From NCBI GenBank assembly GCA_038087875.1, contig JAXLNO010000696.1:1-64000 (forward strand): a stretch of 64,000 nt of DNA, in the 5' to 3' direction. The translations under genes and the position numbers were made by a program. The notes under the pieces were generated by a model. The model saw only the letters and a list, made by a program, of their open reading frames with translations, was not told the DNA's origin and did not search any database. Positions 48,433 to 61,404 of the stretch are shown piece after piece. This DNA comes from Malacoraja senta. Its lineage: Eukaryota. The first letter of the stretch is position 1. Each line of letters opens with the position of its first letter.

Positions 48433-48809
48433 TAAACTTGACAACTTCCTGTTTGCACTATATTAATTTTAGATAAAACGCTACCACTTACGGCTGTGAT
48501 TTTTGGTCATCTTACTCAGTCCCCCTCCGCTCATCAAGTGCAGAGGATTCTTCCCATCAATGAAAAATAAAAGTATTATTAGTGTTTAAAAAATGTTGAG
48601 AATCTCTCTCCTGTCAATCACGCCATGAAGGCCACACCTTTTCCGGTGGGAGGGGGAGGGATTATAAAACCCGGAACTGTGGGTGTGGCTCAGTCTCTGC
48701 ATGATGGGGGAGGGAGATGTCCCGACTCTGTCTGAGCTGTGAATCAACGGAACACACTGAATGTCTACTGAACTGTGAGTGTGGTGTTTTGTGTGGTTTT
48801 ATGGTGGTT

Positions 48810-49215
48810 TCACCCTGCTTGAAATGGTATGAAAATGCATTTGAATGTGGTGGCCTTGCACCCTGCATGAAATGGTATGAAACTGCATTTGAATATGGTG
48901 GCCTTGCACCCTCCTTGAAATGGTATGAAACTGCACTTGAATTTGGTGGCCTTGCACCCTGCTTGAAGTGGTATGAAACTGCACTTGAATTTGGTGGCCT
49001 TGCACCCTGCTTGATGTGGTTGGAAACTGCACTTGAAATCGGTGGCCTTGCACCCTGCTTGAAGTAGTAGGAAACTGAACCTGAATTTGGTGGCCTTGCA
49101 CCCTGCTTGAAGTGGTATGAAACTGCACTTGAATTTTGTGGCCTTGCACCCTGCTTGAAATGGTAGGGAAATGGATTTGAATTTGGTGGCCTTGCGCTCT
49201 GCTTGAAATGGAATT
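48810..49215. repeat. 48-bp minisatellite in the Helitron
   Basis: About 8 copies of caccctgcttgaa(a/g)tggtatgaaactgcacttgaatttggtggccttg. Confidence 0.92.
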
Positions 49216-50351
49216 TCAAGGAATAGCCGTGAGTCAACTGCCAGCCCACCAGGTGGAATATTGCGTCGGGGGACCAGCCCTCCCATGTGAACATGGGACC
49301 CAACGGGTCCCACTTAGTCTAGTCATGTTTAAATTTAGAAAAAATTAGGAGTGACATTGTTGAACCCTTGGTTAAATTTGATAGGGCTTGGGGAAGATTT
49401 ATTTAACATTTTCACATGACATAAATTGTCCCCTCTCCAACCATTATAATAATTCTTTTACCTTTATACGGTGGAACAGACTTGACGACAAACAGGACTT
49501 AAATTGTTGAAATTCTTTGCAGCCCAGATTCTGTTTTGCTTTTTTTTTTCTTCTCTAGTTTAGGGGGGTTTTGTTTTTTCCTTTTTTGTCTTTTTTTCTT
49601 TTTTTTCTTTTTATCTTTTTGTTTTTTTTAATATAAGTTTTCTTTTAAACACTTAACTATATTTACATAGAGACCGGGAGGTCTATATTCAATGTGTATT
49701 TTCACACTGGACTCATATTTAGCTTATACCTGTTATTAATGTAATCCTGATCCCTATGTATCAATATCATTGTTATGTTTATCTTTTTTTGTTGTTGTTA
49801 AAAGAAAGAATGGTAGAGTAGACTCGATGGGCCAAATGGCCTAATGCTGCTCTTATGACTTGTGAACCTTATGAAAATCGTAGAAGGACTGGAGATTTCC
49901 TGTCTTCCAGTCAAGGTTCATAAATCATAGGAGCAGCATTAGGCCATTCGGTCCATCGAGTCTGCTCTCCCATTCGATCATGGCTAATCTATTTTTATCT
50001 CTCAAACCCATGCTCCTTCCTTCTCCCCGTGAGCTTTGACGCCTTTACTAATCAAGTTGAAGAGTTGCAATCCTAGATTAAGTGCAAAGTGTATAGAAAT
50101 AGTCCACCCAGATCATAAACAATAGTCGCCAGGTTTTGGCGCCGTTTTAAAGGCCTAATTGCTTTAGGTGCAGCTGGCCATGAAGGCCCGTTGTCCTGGC
50201 GACGTTGCAGTGTGGGCCTGGCCAAGGGAAGGTGCTCCACCGCTGCTCCACCGCTCTGTGCCGCTGTGGGCCGCCTCCGTTCAGTGCGCTCCGTCTCCTG
50301 TTGCAAAGCTGCAATTTTCTTGTCGCTCTTCCCAATTTAGTTCGCGATCTT

Positions 50352-53300
50352 AATATAATAATAACTTTATTTATACAGCACTTTAAAAACAACCACAGTT
50401 GCAACAAAGTGCTGTACATGACTAATCATGGACAAGAAATTATTACATAACAATAAAAACATTAAACGAAAGAGTAAAAACAATAAGATTAAAAACATTA
50501 AAAGCACTAAGAACAGGAGCAAAGTCTCAAGCAGTGACAAAAGCCAAGGAATATAAATGTGTTTTTTTTTTTTTTTTTTTAATTTTTTATTTTTTAGAAG
50601 TACGGTAGATTACAGTAATGTACAACACGTATATATTAATACATTTTTTGTACCGCTTCACTTTTTTAAACTTAAAAAAAGAAAAAGAAAGAAGTAAGAA
50701 AAGTGAAGAAAGTGCGCAAAGGTTGTGAAGTGCAAAAGAGTGTTGGGAAAAGAAAGCCCCTTAGAAAAGAGGTTAGAGAAGGAAGTAAAGTTAGAAAATA
50801 GACCCTAGAAAAAAAAGAGAAAGAAAGAAGGAACAATCGCTCTATTATGACTCTTATACCATACTTCATAGAGAAGGAACTACCAACCAAGTCTATTTTT
50901 ATTTTACCTCCCATTACCAGGTCCAGATACCTTTTATTTATTTATTTGTTTTTCTAAATTACTATTGCACCTCATGCTTGTAATAGGTCCAAAAACGTAG
51001 ACCACGTCTTTTGAAATTGATCTGCTTTGCCTACTAGGAGGAATCTCATCTCTTCCAGATGTAATGTTTCCAACATATTTGATGTCCACATTTTTATTGT
51101 TGGTGTGGGCGCATTTTTCCAGAATTTAAGTATAAGCTTTTTTCCCATTATTAGCCCATAATTGAGTAAATTCTTCTGATACACGTTTAATTCAGGAATA
51201 CCTTCCGATATTCCAAAAATAATCCATTCTGGTTTTGGTACCAGTTTTATTTTGATTAATTTTGAAAAAATATCAAATATTTCAAACCAGAATTTTTGGA
51301 TTTTTGTACAAAAAACAAAAGAATGTGCTATGGTAGCTTCTTGACATATACATTTATCACAGATTGGTGAGACGTTAGGAAAGATTTTATTTAGTTTGGT
51401 TTTTGAATAATATAATCTATGTAATGTTTTAAATTGGATAAGCGTATGTCGTACGTTGATCGAGCATTTATGCACCTGTAATAAATGATTATCCCAACTC
51501 TCTTTTGAAATTTTTATACCTAGATCTTGTTCCCAATCTCTTCTAATTCCATCTGTTGTGGGTATTTCTATATTTAAAATGATATTATATAAGTATGATA
51601 TTAAATTAGCTGATTCCGCCTTTGTCTTCATTGCTTCATCTAGTAAGTCGGAAGGCATATTATAATAATCTTTTGTGTGTGTTTTCAAATAGTCACAGAT
51701 TTGTATATATTTAAAATATTGATTATTTTTCAAATTATATTTCAGTTGTAGTTGTTGGAATGATAGTAATTTTTCTAATTCATACAGATCTTCGAGCGTT
51801 TTAATTCCCATTCTTTCCCATTGTATAAATGCTTTATCTATGATTGAAGGTTTAAACGATGGGTTATTGACTATTGGTATTAAGAGAGATAGGTTTCTTA
51901 ATTTTAGATTCTGTTTTATTTGCTTCCATGTTCTAATAGTGCTATATATAATTGGATTTTTATTATAATTTTTATTATTCAAGTTTATTGGAGAGAGAAT
52001 AATCGCTCCTATATTATTCGGGGAGCAATCCCCTTTTTCCATTATAATCCAGTCCACCTGCTGGGCAGAATTGTCCAGCAGGTGAATCATATTTTTAATA
52101 TTTACTGCCCAGTTATAATACATAAAGTTAGGGAGCGCTAGACCCCCCAACTCTTTTCGTTTGTTAAGGTGTGTTCTTTGTATTCTGTGGGATTTGTAAT
52201 CCCATATAAAATTTGTAATGTCTGAGTCCAGTTTTTTGAAAAACTTTTTTGGGAGATATATAGGTATTGATTGAAATAGGTAAAGGATTTGTGGTAAGAA
52301 AATCATTTTTATAGCATTTATCCTACCTATTAAGGACATCGGAAGTGTTTTCCAAAATTTAATCAGATTATTTAATTTCTTAAGTAGGGGATTATAATTA
52401 GCTTTAAACATATCATGGTAATTTCTAGTAATCTCAATTCCTAAATATTTGAATTTTTCCATAGCTATTTTAAAAGGGAATTTCCTGAGATGTGTTGAAT
52501 CTTTTGGTTTAATCGACATAATTTCACTTTTGTTCCAATTTATTCTATATCCTGAAAAGGATCCAAAGTCCTCAATTAAGTTTAATATATTTGGTATACT
52601 AATTTGTGGTTTTGTGATGTACAGTAGTACATCATCAGCATATAGGGATAGTTTGTTGTTTGAATATTTTGTGTTATAACCGTGAATATTCGAGTGTGTT
52701 CTTATTTTTTCAGCCAGGGGTTCAATTACCAAAGCAAATAACAGCGGTGATAGTGAACATCCTTGTCTGTTGCCCCTAGATAATTCGAATTTTGAAGATA
52801 ATATATTATTAGTTAGTATTCTAGCCGTAGGTTTGTTATATAGTAGTTTTATCCATGCAATAAAGTTTTCTCCCAATTGGAATTTTTGCAATACTTTGAT
52901 CATATAGTCCCATTCTACTTGATCAAACGCTTTTTCTGCGTCCAGTGAGATGATAGCTAACTCTTGGTCATAAGATTTATGTGAATGCATTATGTTAAGC
53001 AAACGTCTCAAATTATTAAATGAGTGTCTCTTAGGTATAAATCCTGTTTGATCCTCATGTATTAGTCTACTAACATACTTGCTTAATCTATTGGCTAATG
53101 TTTTTGCTATTATTTTCTGATCCGTATTTAACAAAGCAATAGCTCTATATGATCCTGGTTCTTCTATATTTTTATCTTTTTTAAGTATTAATATGATCGT
53201 TGATTCCGCTAGTGTTTCAGGTAGGTTTTGCTCTTTATAAGCATATGTATACATTTTTTGTAATCGTGGAGTAACTATATCATAAAAAGATTTATAAAAT

Positions 53301-55946
53301 TCATTACTGAATCCGTCTGGTCCTGGTGTTTTTCCATTTTTTAGTGTTTTTATTGTGTCTTCTATCTCCTTAGAAGTAATTTGTGCTCCCAGTTCCTCTT
53401 GTTCCCTGCGTTCTAATTGTGGTAGATTACAATTATCTAAAAATTCTGAGATTTTATTATTGTCTATTGACGTTTTAGATGTGTATAGATTCTGGTAAAA
53501 TTGAGCAAATCTTTTATTAATATCCTTGGGTAGTGTTAATACTTCCCCTCTATCTGATTTAATCTTTAATATTGCATTCTCTTTTTCCCGTTTTTTAAGT
53601 TGTCGTGCTAGAAGTTTGTGGGGTTTGTCCCCGAATTCGAAGTGTTCTTGTTTTGTGATTTGAAATAATGTTATAACTTTCTCTGACAGTAATTTATTTA
53701 ACTGAAATTTCAGTAGTAGTATTTTATTATGTTTATCCATAGTTGGGTCTTTAGCATTATCTATATCTAACTGTTTTATTTGATCTTCTAAGTGTCTTTG
53801 TTCATTCTTATTCTTTTTATTTTGATAAGCTTGAAATGAAATAATGACTCCTCTTATAAATGCTTTGAAGGATTCCCATAATAACGTGGGGGATATCTCT
53901 GGTGTATCATTTAACTCAAAAAATAGATCCATCTGTTTTTTTAGATAGATACTCCCTTGAGGGTCTTTTAAAATTTGTGAGTTAAACCTCCAGAACGGTT
54001 TATTCATAGACATTCCTTCTAGTTTTAGAACAAAAGTTAACGGAGAATGATCTGAGATCGCATTAATATGATATTTAGGATTCAAAGATTGCGAGATTAA
54101 TTTTGTATCCACTAGAAAATAGTCTATCCGTGAATATGTTTTATGCACCATTGAATAAAACGAGTAATCCCTTCCCGTCGGGTTTGCAATCCTCCATACA
54201 TCTGTTATATTTGTGTTTTCCATATATGTGTGTAAGAGTTCACTGGTTTTAGATTTCGTCTGACCTTTTTGTTTTTGCATCGATTTATCTAAATAAGGAT
54301 CTAAAACACAATTAAAATCTCCTCCGATTATAACATTTTGATAATTAGATTCTGCAATTATATTCAGAATTTTATTAAAAAATTGAGGGTTATCAAAGTT
54401 GGGCGCATATATGTTTACCAGCGTGATTGGCATATTATTGATCTCCCCTGCTACTATAAGATATCTCCCTTCCTTATCTAAAATAGTGTTCTTTGATTTA
54501 AATGGAATTCCTTTACGATTTACGAATAATAATTGCAGTACCTCTAGATTTAGAGGTAAATGAAGAGTGAAATGTTTGGCCTATCCAGTTCGCCCTCAGT
54601 CTTGTCTGATCTTGCTGTTTAAGATGTGTTTCCTGTAGAAACGCTATGTCCGTGTTGTATGATTTCAACTGAGCTAGTATCTTACCCCTTTTAATAGGTT
54701 CATTAATCCCCCTTATATTCCAACTACATAATGTGATTCCTCCTATTTTCTTTTGAAAAACAATAAGATTAAAAACATTAAAAGCACTAAGAACAGGAGC
54801 AAAGTCTCAAGCAGTGACAAAAGCCAAGGAATATAAATGTGTTTTAATACTGGTTTTGAACATGGACAGTGAGGGGGCCTGTCTGATGTTCCAGAATGCC
54901 GGAGCAGCAACAGAGAAGGCTCTATCCCCTCTGAGCTTCCGCTTAGACCTCGGTACCTCCAGGAGCAGCTGATCAGCTGACCTGAGGCACCGGGCAGGAG
55001 CGTATGGGTGGAGCAGTTCAGAGAGGTAAGGCGGGGCGAGCCCATTTAGAGATTTCAAAACAAATAAAAGAATCTTAAAATGAACTCGAAAGTGCACCGG
55101 GAGCCAGTGGAGGGAGGTGAGAATTGGCGTTATGTGCTCCCTCTTTCGAGTTCCAGTTAAAAGGCGAGCAGCAGCATTCTGAACCAACTGGAGACGAGCC
55201 AGTGAAGATCGTGCAACTCCAAAATAGAGTACGTTGCAGTAATCCAGCCTAGATGTAATAAAGGCATGGATTACTGTTTCAAAATGCTGCCGCTCGAGAA
55301 TGGGCTTCACCTTTGCCAGCTTCCTTAGGTGAAAGAAGCTGGACTTAACCACCGCCCCTATTTGATGATCTAATTTAAAATCACTGTACATCCTAAAACC
55401 TAGGTTCAAAACTGTTGGCTTCACGTACCGTGCCAGTGGACCCAAGTCAACAAGGGGAGGTTCACGACAGCCATTGGGGCCAAACAATATCACCTCTGTC
55501 TTCTTTTCATTAAATCCTAGAAAGTTTAGGGCCATCCAGGACTTAATGTTCTCAAGACATGACAGAAGTGATTTGACAGAAAAGGCGTCTTCCTTCCTCA
55601 GCGGTATATATAGTTGGCTATCATCAACATAACAGTGAAAGGAGATGCCATGCTTCCTAAGAATGGAACCCAGAGGAAGTAAGTATAGTGAGAAAAGCAG
55701 GGGCCCTAAAATTGAGCCCTATGGAACCCCATATGACAGAGAAGCGGAGGAGGATTCAAAGCCAGCAAGGCTTACACACATGGTTCTGTCTGCCAGATAG
55801 GACCTGAACCATCCCAGGGCACTGCCACAGATGCCCACTAGGTGCTGTAACCGAGATATTAAGATACCATGGTCCACTGTATCAAAGGCGGCAGATAGGT
55901 CCAGCAAGACAAGAACCACATAATTACCAGAGTCATTTGCCAGGAG
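50352..55946 (-). mobile_element. 5'-truncated L2-clade LINE interrupted by an L1
   Basis: LDLSAAFDTVDH, SRLDYCN, HITPILTSLHWLPV. Tail (tta)n. Flanked by gatctt (50346-50351, 55947-55952). Empty site visible at about 4248. Confidence 0.9.
50566..54755 (-). mobile_element. Young L1 truncated at the ORF2 start, ORF2 almost intact
   Basis: 1153-aa ORF 50972-54433 (APE, YADD, CDKC..H....C). The upstream APE start (SWNIRGINEPIKR) is shifted by a 7-bp duplication tcgtaaa at about 54512-54525. Poly(A) tail and 90-bp TSD. Confidence 0.95.
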
Positions 55947-56964
55947 GATCTTCCCTGCTCACACCTCCTCGTGATCAGTGAACACCAAAGCAGCAGCTAT
56001 ACTAGAAACATAGAAAATAGGTGCCGGAGTAGGTCATTCGGCACTTCGAGCCTGCACCGCCATTCAACATGATCATTGGCTGATCATCCAAAATCATTAC
56101 CCCGTTCCTGCTTTCTCGCAATATCCATTGATTCCGTTAGCACAAAGAGCTAAATCCAACTCTCTCTTGAAAACATCCAGTGAATTGGCCTCAACTGCCT
56201 TCTGTGGCAGAGATTTCCACAGAATCACAACTCTCTAGGTGCAAACGTTTTTTCCTCATCTCAGTCCTAAATGGCCTACCCCTTATCTTAAACTGTGACC
56301 CCTGTTTCTGGACTCCCCCAACATCGGGAGCAAATTTCCTCCATCCAGCCTGTCCAATCCCTTAAAAGACTTATAAGTTTCTATAAGATTCCCTCTCATT
56401 CTTCTAAATTCCAGTGAATATAAGCCCAGTCGATCCATTCTTTCATATGTCAGTCCCGCCATCCTGGGTCTGAAGAAGGGTTTCTGCCCAAAACGTTGCC
56501 TATTTACTTCGCTCCATAGATGCTGCCCCACCCGCTGAGTTTCTCAAGCACTTTTGTCTATCCTGGGAATTAACTTGGTGAACCTACGCTGCACTCCCTC
56601 AATTTAGCAATACTGCTAAACGAAGGAGCGTTTCGAAGGTGGGAGGAAATGAGGAGGTGGAAAAGGGAAATACTTAGGGTGCAATTCCTCTCTCGGGCGA
56701 CACAGTGGCACAGCAGGTAGAGTTGCTGTCTCACAATGCCACAGACCCGGGTTCCACCCTGACTGTGGGCACTGACTGATAAAAGATGCATTTGATGCAG
56801 TTGGTTGCACAACACCAGACACATGGGTTTGATCCCGACTATGGGGGCTGTCTGTGCGGAGTTTGCACGTTCTCCCAGTGACCGCATGAGTTTTCTCCCG
56901 GTGCTCCGGTTTCCTCCCACATGTCAAAGAACGTGACAATAAAGAACCGTTGAACCATTGAAGA

Positions 56965-58556
56965 AGTCAAGTCAAGTCACAGTCAAGTCACATTTATATA
57001 GCACATTTAAAAAACAACTCTCGTTGGCCAAAGTGCTTTACATTTGTTATAAGAATAGCACAACAAAACAAACTACATACATATATACATGTAGCCCTCA
57101 CTCAGAGGACGTCAGGAAAGGCTTGGGAGTATAGATAAGTCTTTAGTCTTGACTTAAAAGGGTCGATGGAGGGGGCAGTTCTGATGGGAAAGGGAATGCT
57201 GTTCCAAAGTCAAGGGGCTGCAACCGCAAAGGCGCGGTCGCCCCTGAGCTTGTGCCTAGACCGTGGGATATTCAGCAACCCCAAGTCGGCCGATCTGAGG
57301 GGCCTGGAGGTGGAGTGGTGGGTGAGAAGACTTTTTTATGTAGGTGGGAGCAAGCCCATTGAGGGCTTTGTAGACATGGAGGAGGATCTTGAAGTTTATA
57401 CGGAACCGCACAGGGAGCCAGTGGAGAGAGGCCAGGATCGGGGTGATGTGGTCCCTTTTTCGGGTGCCCGTCAGGAGTCTCGCTGCGGCGTTTTGGACTA
57501 GTTGCAGGCGGGACAGGGAAGATTGGCTGATGCCAGTGTAAAGGGAGTTGCAGTAATCTAGGCGGGAGGAGATGAATGTGTGGATGATCTTTTCGAGGTC
57601 ATCAAACTGGAGGAATTGTTTTATTTTAGCTATCGTCCAAAGCTGAAAGAAGCTAGCTTTTACCACGGCATTGACTTATTGGTCAAATTTCAGTGCTGAG
57701 TCAAATATCACGCCAAGGTTTTTGACGTGAGGTTTGAGTAGTGGGGTAAGGCTTCCAAGGCTGCCTGCTATCATTTTGATTGAGTCCGAGGGGCCGAGAA
57801 GGATGACCTCAGACTTACTCTCGTTTAATTGGAGGAAGTTCTGGGCCATCCAACACTTTATATCCTCGAGGCAGTGGGTAAGGTTAAACAGATTTGATTG
57901 GTTTTTGGGCTTCAGGGGGAGATAGAGTTATGTATCGTCTGGGTAGCAATGGAAGGAAATGCCGTGCCTTTCAATGACTTGGCCTAAGGGGAGCACATAC
58001 AGGGAGAAGAGAATGGGGCCAAGGATGGAACCTTGTGGAACCCCACAGCAGAGATTAGCTGGGGAGGAGAATGAGTTGCCTATGTTAGTCGAGAAACTCC
58101 TACCTTTGAGGTAGGGGATGAACCAGCTCAGGGCAGTGCCATCAATACCAACCCCATAGGATGGTGTGGTCGACAGTATCACATGCTGCGCTGAGGTCAA
58201 GAAGGAGCAGAATTGCACAGTCGCCGGAGTCAACGGTGAGCAGTAGCTCATTGTGTACCTTCAACAAGGCAGACTCTGTGCTATGGTGAGCCCTGAAACC
58301 TGATTGGAAAGTTTCCAAGATAGTGTTTTGGTGAAGGTATTTATGTTGACTTAAAATTACCTTTTCAAGGTCTTTTGAGAGGAAAGGCAGTTTAGAAACG
58401 GGTCTGTAGTTGCTTGGCAAGGTGGGGTCGAGGTTAGGTTTTTTCAGGAGTGTTTGGACCACCGCATGCTTGAAGCAGGTAGGTACAGTGCCAGTGGCCA
58501 GAGAGCTGTTGAAGATGGCGAGGATGCTGGGACCAGCTGTTGTAATGACGTCCTTT
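56965..58556 (-). mobile_element. Degenerate L2-clade LINE
   Basis: NYRPVSKLPFLSK, FQSGFRAHHSTESAL, GVPQGSILGP, SRLDYCNSL. Tail (cttga)n. Confidence 0.9.
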
Positions 58557-58557
58557 A

Positions 58558-61382
58558 GAAGGGCCAACTTTATTAACAGCGGCGCAAGGCTGGTGTGCAA
58601 GTTTTAGATTTTAGATTGAGAGATACGATGGGGAAACAAGCCCTTCAGCGATCAGTGATCCCTGCACACTCGGGAATATTTTACAACTTACCAAAGCCAA
58701 ATAACCTACAACCCTTTACATCTTTGGAGCGTGGGAGGCAACCGGAGCACCCGGTTAAAACCCACGCGGTCACAGGGAGAACGTACAAACTCCGTACAGA
58801 CAACACCCGTAGTCTGGATCGAATCCGGGTCTCTGGCGCTGTAAGGCAGCAACACTACGACTGCACAACCGTGCTGCCCCTTGAATGCCCTGGAGCTGAT
58901 ACTGTTCACCTTAGTGTGGACCAAGACAACTACTTAGACTGCACCGTTGACGCGTAATGATGCACTAGAATTTTATGAGTGATTTATTCATTACTTTAAT
59001 GCACAAACTCTGATATTACAGTATGTTAAACAATATCGATCATGAAACATGCCCCAATGTTCATAAAGCTACAAACAAAAATTGCAAATGTTGAAACGCT
59101 TAATTGTCGGCATTATATCCTAGAAACTAAATCAGATTGCACATCATCGATGGTGCTTCTCACACAAAAATCAGTTCTAACTCCCTCTTTTATAGTTTTG
59201 CACTCTGTATCTCCACTTTAGTCTATTTATGTATAGTATTATAGTCATGCAGTCATACGGTGGGTAAACAGGCCTATCGGCCCAACTTACCCATGCCGAA
59301 CAACACACCCCATCTAAACTAGCCCCACCTACCTGCGTTTGGCCCACATCCCTCTAAACATACCCTACCCATGTACCCGTCTAAATTTTTCTTCAACGTT
59401 GTGATAGTACCTGCCTCAACTACTTCCTCCAGCAGCTCGTTCCATACACCCACCACACTTGGTGTAAGAAAGTTAACCCCTCAGGTTCTCATTAACTCTC
59501 CCCCCCACCTCACCTTAAGCCTCTGATATGTTTAGATAGCATGCAACACAAAGCTCTGCATTGTACCCCAGTATACGTGACAATAATGAACATAAACCTT
59601 AATCCTAAACCTTTATCAGTACACGTGACCATGAACTAAACTGAACTAATCTCCCCTTTGCTCTATCGTACTTGAGTTTAACGTCTGTACTTATGTACAG
59701 TATTCTCTGATCTGTTTGGATAGCAAGCAAAACAAAGCTTTTCATTGTACCTTAGAGCACGTGACAACAATAAACTTAATCCTAATCCTTTTACCCCAGA
59801 ATTTAGTGGACAAACAATTAACGTCCAGGTGAATGTGTGACCATTGAGTAACGGGCTGGGAAATCACTGCCGGTGCCTCTATTCTGACCATCGCATCGGA
59901 CGCATGTGAAATGCCGTCACATCCTCCACAACGCAGCTCTGATCCACCTCTGGTTGAATGTGAAGGTTTGTTGAGAGATGGGATCACTGTAGATCAGTCA
60001 GAGAAACGGGCACCAAACCTGCAGAAGATCATCAACAAAATGTCAATTCAAGTGTCTCCATTAAGGCACCGCACACATGCTTGGTCAGACTCTGTAATAA
60101 TCATGGCATCCAACGCCACAACACCCTGAAAGCGGCCGCACAAGTAGATCGAGTGGTGAAGAAGACGTACAGTAAGCTGAGGTAGGAAAGTGCAGATGCT
60201 GGTTTACACCGAGGATAGACACAAAAAGCTGGGGTGACTCAGCGGATCAGGCAGCATCTCTGGAGAGAAGGAATAGGTGACGTTTCAGGTCTGAAGCAGG
60301 GTCTTTACCTGCAATGTCACCTATTCCTTTTCTCCAGAGATGCTGCCTGACCCGCTGAGTTACTCCAACTATTTGTGTCTGTCACTGTATACTATGCTTG
60401 CCTTCATAGGTCCAAGCATTGAGTATAAGTCATAGAGTCATAGAGTGATACAGTGTGGGAACAGGCCCTTCAGCCCAACTTGCCCATACCGGCCAACAAT
60501 GTCCCAGCTACACTAGTCCCACTTGCCTGCGCTTGGTCCATATCCCTCCAAACCTGTCCCTTCCATGTACCTGTTTAACTGTTTCGTAAACGATGGGAAA
60601 GTCCCAGCCTCAATTACCTCCTCTGGCAGCTTTTTCCAGACACCCACCACCCTTTGTGTGAAAAAGTTACCCCTCAGATTCTTATTAAATCTTTTCCCCT
60701 TCTCCTTAAATATATGTCCTCTGCTCCTCGATTCCCGTACTCTGGGCAAGAGACTCTGTGCATCTACCCGATCTATTCCTCGCATGATTTTGTACATCTC
60801 TTAGATCACCCCTCATCCTCCTGCGCTCCATGGAGTAGAGACCCACCCTACTCAACCTCTCCCGATAGCTCACACCCTCTAGTCCTGGCAACATCCTCGT
60901 AAATCTTTTCTGAACCCTTTCAAGCTTGACAATATCTTTCCTGTAACTTGGTGCCCAGAACTGAGCACAATATTCTAAATGCGGTCTCACCAACGTCTTA
61001 TACAACTGCAACATGACCTCCCAACTCCTATACTCAATACTCTGACTAATGAAGGCCAAAGTGTCAAAAGCCTTTTTGACCACCTTATCTACCTGTGACT
61101 CATCCTTCTAGAAACCATGCACCTGCACTGCTAGATCCCTCTGCTCTACATCACTACCGAGAGACCTACCATTTACTGTGTAGGTCCTGCCCTTGTTCGA
61201 CGTCCCAAAATGCAACACCTCACACTTCCACTGGTTGTATTAAACTCCATTCCTCTGCACGCCTGGCCAATCGATCCAGATCCTGCTGCAATCTTTCACA
61301 ACCATCTTCACTATCTGCAAAACCACTAACTTTTGTATCATTCAGGGAGTCATGATGCAGCTTTATCGGACTTTGGTTATTT
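58558..61382 (-). repeat. Third copy of the IFIT 3'-flank block A, with no coding exon
   Basis: Reverse complement of about 465-3475, including the SINE (58600-58880) and the CR1 (60430-61340). Confidence 0.9.
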
Positions 61383-61404
61383 ACAGTAAGTGGCTGAGTG
61401 GGGA

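Larger units (their letters stand above)
47807..49322 (+). mobile_element. Non-autonomous Helitron
   Basis: 5' TC, 3' CTAG, subterminal hairpin tgggacccaacgggtccca (49294-49312). Inserted between A and T with no TSD. L1 ORF2 reads ETI|SCLNLEKI across it. Confidence 0.9.
40476..49807 (+). mobile_element. Degenerate L1-clade LINE with both ends present and nested insertions
   Basis: ORF1 at 40730-41500 (coiled coil, DLENRSRRLN, HRIG). ORF2 pieces with APE (GGDFN, YSRIDY), RT (RQGCPLSP, YADD) and a C-terminal Cys/His motif. TSD gaatggt(g/a)gagtaga at 40461-40475 and 49808-49822. Confidence 0.9.

Noticed and set aside
48139..49313. Repetitive ORFs up to 213 aa
   Set aside because: Translations of Helitron minisatellites, open in several frames.
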